A stretch of DNA of 64,000 nucleotides from Eledone cirrhosa (lineage: Eukaryota). Location of the stretch: assembly GCA_964016885.1 (NCBI GenBank), contig CAXHJY010001071.1, positions 17,572 to 81,571 on the forward strand. The letters are read 5' to 3'. This document shows, piece after piece, positions 63,521 through 64,000 of the stretch (the stretch's first letter is position 1; each line of letters begins with the position of its first letter). The notes under the pieces were generated by a model that saw only the letters and a list, made by a program, of their open reading frames with translations, did no database searches and was not told the origin of the DNA. A program made the translations under genes and the position numbers.

Positions 63521-64000
63521 TTATGCCATGGAACAAAATGAAAACCTACATTTATAATTAAAAACATTAATAATCCGTTTAACATCAGCATGGCTGATAC
63601 GATATAGATTAATATATTTGACACACTCCTATATCTACTACCTACGCCACAGAGATATTACATATTAGATGGAATTCTCAACGTATTCTACATATCATAT
63701 TTTGTAGGTGACATAATCAAAAATTCTAACATGACCATAAACAGAGACTATGACTCGAATATAACAACATATGTTGAGCACCCGGTATCTCCACTTCCGC
63801 GCCCACGTCCGAATGACGGTTTGCTCCCCTAACCCTCCCAGCCGTCTTAAAACGTCTTTTTTTTCCCAACTGCGATTCTCAAAACTTCTCCCTCCCTCTG
63901 GTTTCTGAATTTTCCGGTGAATGTCTTATATTCGAAACATCAACTCGTATCTACATCCTCCTAAGAGTTGTACTAATAAGGCTGTTACTTTTTGCTCCCT

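Overview
AT-rich, repeat-saturated animal genomic DNA with no convincing host gene. The (TA)n/(CA)n/(GA)n load and the SINE sequences look cephalopod/octopus-like, which is an inference. Nearly all ORF-track entries are microsatellite artefacts. The real content is as follows. (i) At least six Penelope-like retroelements (PLEs; RT and/or GIY-YIG) of three types, including one apparently full-length, pLTR-flanked copy at 27047-32294 (minus strand). (ii) 3' fragments of CR1-, RTE- and Tx1/L1-like LINEs. (iii) Many tRNA-derived SINEs, several with clear TSDs. (iv) About two dozen intact or degenerate type I hammerhead-ribozyme (HHR) motifs, read by eye, from many different families, mostly in modules embedded in (TA)n. 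The most notable observations are these. The full-length PLE has a coiled-coil ORF1 overlapping its RT-EN ORF at an in-phase U_UUU_UUA slippery site, a candidate programmed -1 frameshift. A non-coding 684-nt unit is bounded by two HHR-bearing direct repeats (retrozyme-like). Some HHRs have U3-A8 cores or large branched stem II inserts. Several mini-elements fold back inside or next to the HHR. A nested ~3.6-kb palindrome has an HHR in its spacer. All structures were inferred manually; no folding, alignment or database search was run.
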